Source: Takakia lepidozioides
Taxonomy: Eukaryota > Plantae > Bryophyta
NCBI GenBank assembly: GCA_030704615.1
Contig: CM060734.1
Span: forward strand, 24,428,001 to 24,492,000
Reading direction: 5' to 3'
DNA: 64,000 bases
Shown: piece by piece, positions 60,930-64,000 of the stretch
Layout of the letters: every line of letters starts with the position of its first letter
Numbering within the stretch: position 1 is the first letter of the stretch
Notes under the pieces: generated by a model
Told to the model about the DNA's origin: nothing
The model's database searches: none
The model's input: the letters and a program-made list of their open reading frames with translations, nothing else
Program-made: the position numbers and the translations under genes

Positions 60930-63900
60930 ATGTCGAATGTATCGGTATGTGTGCGATTGAGGCCATTAAATACAAGAGAGGTTGCCTTTGGATCAGAGGC
61001 GGCTTGTATTTGTAGGACCGACCATGAATCATTCATATTCAAGGTATTGTTGTGAAAGTTTGCATTGTAATTGCCAATGGTGATTCAAACGTGATACTTG
61101 ATTTTTTCTTAATCACCATCTGGCAATAGAAGACAGTTCAGGCCAATTTCGTGAAAGGTGTCATATGTTACGGGCCCACTGGAGGATAGCATGCTGGAGG
61201 AAATGTTTCTTGAAAGGTACTTGCATGCATATTGTGCGGTGTTTTCTCTAAGATCAGAGAGCGATGCATGTGTCGGGTTGAAGTTCAATATTCGTTCGAT
61301 ACTTTGGAAGCCGTCTACTGTTGACTCACTTTGGGCCTCTGTATCGTAGATCAAGAGTGCATTCTCGTGGTTGTTGCCGGACATGTTCAACAGATCCTGA
61401 AGACTTGCTAGATTCGGAAATAGTTGGTTAATACATTTGATTATGCACTATCCTCGGCTGTTGAACAGGACGAAAAAGAGGAAGAAGCAGTGTCTTCTAC
61501 GAGGATTCTGCTCAAGCTGATGTGTAATGCCCATCGTTAAAGGTAATCAAAATACTTTCTGGACAGTTGTCCAGTATCTTATGAATCTTGAAACTTTCTT
61601 GAAGTGTCTTGTAATAACTGGTTTTAAGGAATATATCGTTCACTGGAATTCTCGAATAACTGGACGTGGCAAGTAACCATTAAAGCCACATGATGTTCTA
61701 CTAAATGTGTCTTTGGAACCGCCGGGCTCCTGCAGATGCTATGAACGCAATAAACGGGACAGTCCTTGCATATGGCCAGGTGCAGGCCAATTGATCCTTG
61801 TTGCCCTTGAAACGTACTGAGGCAGGCAAATTGTGACATGTAGAAATGACATTCTGAAGGACTTCATCAGTCATTCACAGCAAGCCTTAACAAGCCACAC
61901 GTGGACCTGTTTCACATCATTTGAGTGTTGAATTCTTCAGAAGTCTTTTTTTGAACTGTCCCGGACTGACATTCTTCTGGGGTTTTCGTAGACTGGAGCT
62001 GGCAAAACGCACAGCATGGAGGTATTTACCAATTGATGATAAATTATATTACGTGTTCCAAGAGGTTCAGGACTTACTGGGAGTGTCATCTGAATGAAGA
62101 AAACAGGCATGTATAATAAGACTATGCAAGTTAATTAATGTTTCAGGAGTAGTGAGACTATGTAACTTCCTAGCTACAACAGCACCAAGAAAAGGTGCGT
62201 ACAGCAACAAGTGACCAGTGTCAGTCTGTTTCTAACATCACTGTGAGACTGGCAGGGGCCAAACATGCAAATAAATAGTCCTTTATTGAAAGGAATACTC
62301 CCCAGAGTCGCCCAATGTATTTTTGAGGTTATAGAGGATGCTGATGAGATTTCTGAGAACCCACAATCAAGCTGTCCATGGTTGGTTCCCCCATCCAGCG
62401 ATTGCTTTTTCAATGCCACTAGTTTGATGATAGCTTGGTGGTCTTGGCTTATTTCATTGTTAGAAGTATTTACAATTGTCAAGCTTGCCGGAAGTTGTCA
62501 CCGTGTGATTTGCGAAGCCTTTATGTGACAGTCTTTGGGTGTTGTTATCAGGTGGAGATATACATGGAGAAGATAAGGTTGGGAGTTCTAAATTTTTTAT
62601 TTTCCCAACTCTACGTCAGGAACATTCTCTTCTATTTCAGCTCCTAAAGATGAAGATGATCAGCTCATTACTCAGCAATCTTTTGATGCAGAAACTTATT
62701 GGATTCAACAAAGGATAATCTTCAGGTGAAGGAGAACAAAGCACAGGGAATCTTTGTAGCAGGGGCCACTGAGGTACATCCTAAATCGCAACCTCCTCCT
62801 TGCCTTCTCTCAGATACACAAACATGCACACCTGCAGGCCGCATGCACAGGCAAACATTATAAACAGAACTCAGAACTCACGGTTTAATTGACGTTGAGC
62901 TTGTTATAGCACTGCACTATCCCTGTGCTTAGTACTTAGGGCTCAATTGATGTTATCTGGACAGAGCTACATTCAAACTGAAAAGGAAATGCTCCAAATT
63001 CTTCAGGTGCATATTATTCCTGTACATACGTACTAGAGACCTCCTAGAGACCTGTTGTTTTGTCAGGCTTCCATAATTCTCCGCAGAAGTATGCACCCCG
63101 CTGTAATTGTCTTCTTTTTGTGCACATGTTACTGCAGCGCTACCTCCAGTCTTTGCAGTCAGATATGTCTCATTGCACTTCAAATGTTTGGCAATCAAGT
63201 GACCTCATCCTAACTGCAGGCTGGTGTCGCTAACAGAGCAGTAGGAGCGACACGTATCCCCACCTGATGTGTTCAATGTTCAAGGCTAATTTAGGCTTTT
63301 GAATCTTCAAATAGGTCTTGAAGTAATGATTGATTTTAAAGATCCGGTGGCTGGTTTTAGATTTCCAAACTCAGCTGCTCTTTGTGCTACATAGATTTAA
63401 ATAACATATGGGCACTCTGGATCATAAGATCGAGGTTTAAGCCTAGTCCAGAAGTTCAATGGTATGGAATATTTAGCAGACTGCAGCAGGTTGATATTTT
63501 TCAAGTGGGTATCAGACTCCATGTTTCTCTGACCTAATTTACCAGAGATGAATGTTGGAAGCAGCAGGAGCCATTGTTTCTTGTTACAATTCAACAAACT
63601 AACATCGAAGATCGAAGGTGAATATACTGCACAGTCACACTTGAGAGAGATGCTCCTTCTGCAGGAGTTTTTTTGTGAACATTTTATATATGCACATGAT
63701 AGACATACATACATATACATATATATATAAACCAGACAATCTTGAGCATGATGCTTTGGTTTAGTCGTTGTACCAATTGAGTCCTTTGGAAGATGGGAAA
63801 TCAAATGACATGCATGCACACCTATGCTAGGATGAGTTCATATACTACCTAGAAAAATTGAACTTGTGTACATTTTCACCAGCCGGAGGATTAGTCCTAT

Positions 63901-64000
63901 GACATGTATATGGAGCTATGGTGTTTTTGAAATCATCTGACATGAGATTGGGTTTTCAAGTGTGAAGACATGAAAACTCTACTTGGTGGACCTGGCAGGA
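60930..64000 (+). pseudogene. KIN1: Kinesin KIN-1 (PSS1-like) motor domain, 11 exons in window, several lesions; continues beyond the window
   Basis: GT-AG exons: 60930-61043 MSNVSVCVRLRPLN..FIFK; 61469-61542 DEKEE..VFYEDSAQADV; 61736-61779 AMNAINGTVLAYGQ; 61992-62021 TGAGKTHSME (P-loop); 62256-62380 GILPRV; 62552-62577 VEIYMEKIR; 62692-62773 LLDSTKDNLQVKE; 62965-63006; 63220-63253 GVANRAVGAT; 63546-63617 MNVGSSRSH (switch I); 63961- VKT*KLYLVDLAG (switch II). Confidence 0.9.

Noticed and set aside
60841-61390. Minus-strand ORFs as a helicase-like gene
   Set aside because: They are antisense to kinesin exon 1 and intron 1, which explain the region.

Overview
Eukaryotic, TE-saturated plant DNA. 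The Ty3/Gypsy types, GT-AG introns and host genes suggest a non-seed land plant such as a bryophyte (inference). Most of the window is nested mobile DNA. It holds several degraded non-chromovirus Ty3/Gypsy copies, two of them carrying an extra ORF in the env position, and one young complete chromovirus (15876-22666). It also holds a truncated CACTA element, a truncated LINE with a 2A-like motif, and a ~14.7 kb hAT-like element (41395-56128). The hAT-like element appears to carry a RING-H2 gene and an atypical protein-kinase gene besides its transposase, and each gene is preceded by the same hairpin-repeat array. A 3.3 kb island (29525-32850) holds a palindrome array and a head-to-head pair of diverged paralogous genes of unknown function. 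The recognisable host genes are an F-box/Kelch pseudogene (1389-2010) and an intron-containing but disrupted kinesin KIN-1 gene (60930 to past the window end). Everything was read and aligned by eye. Many single-base indels may be assembly errors.
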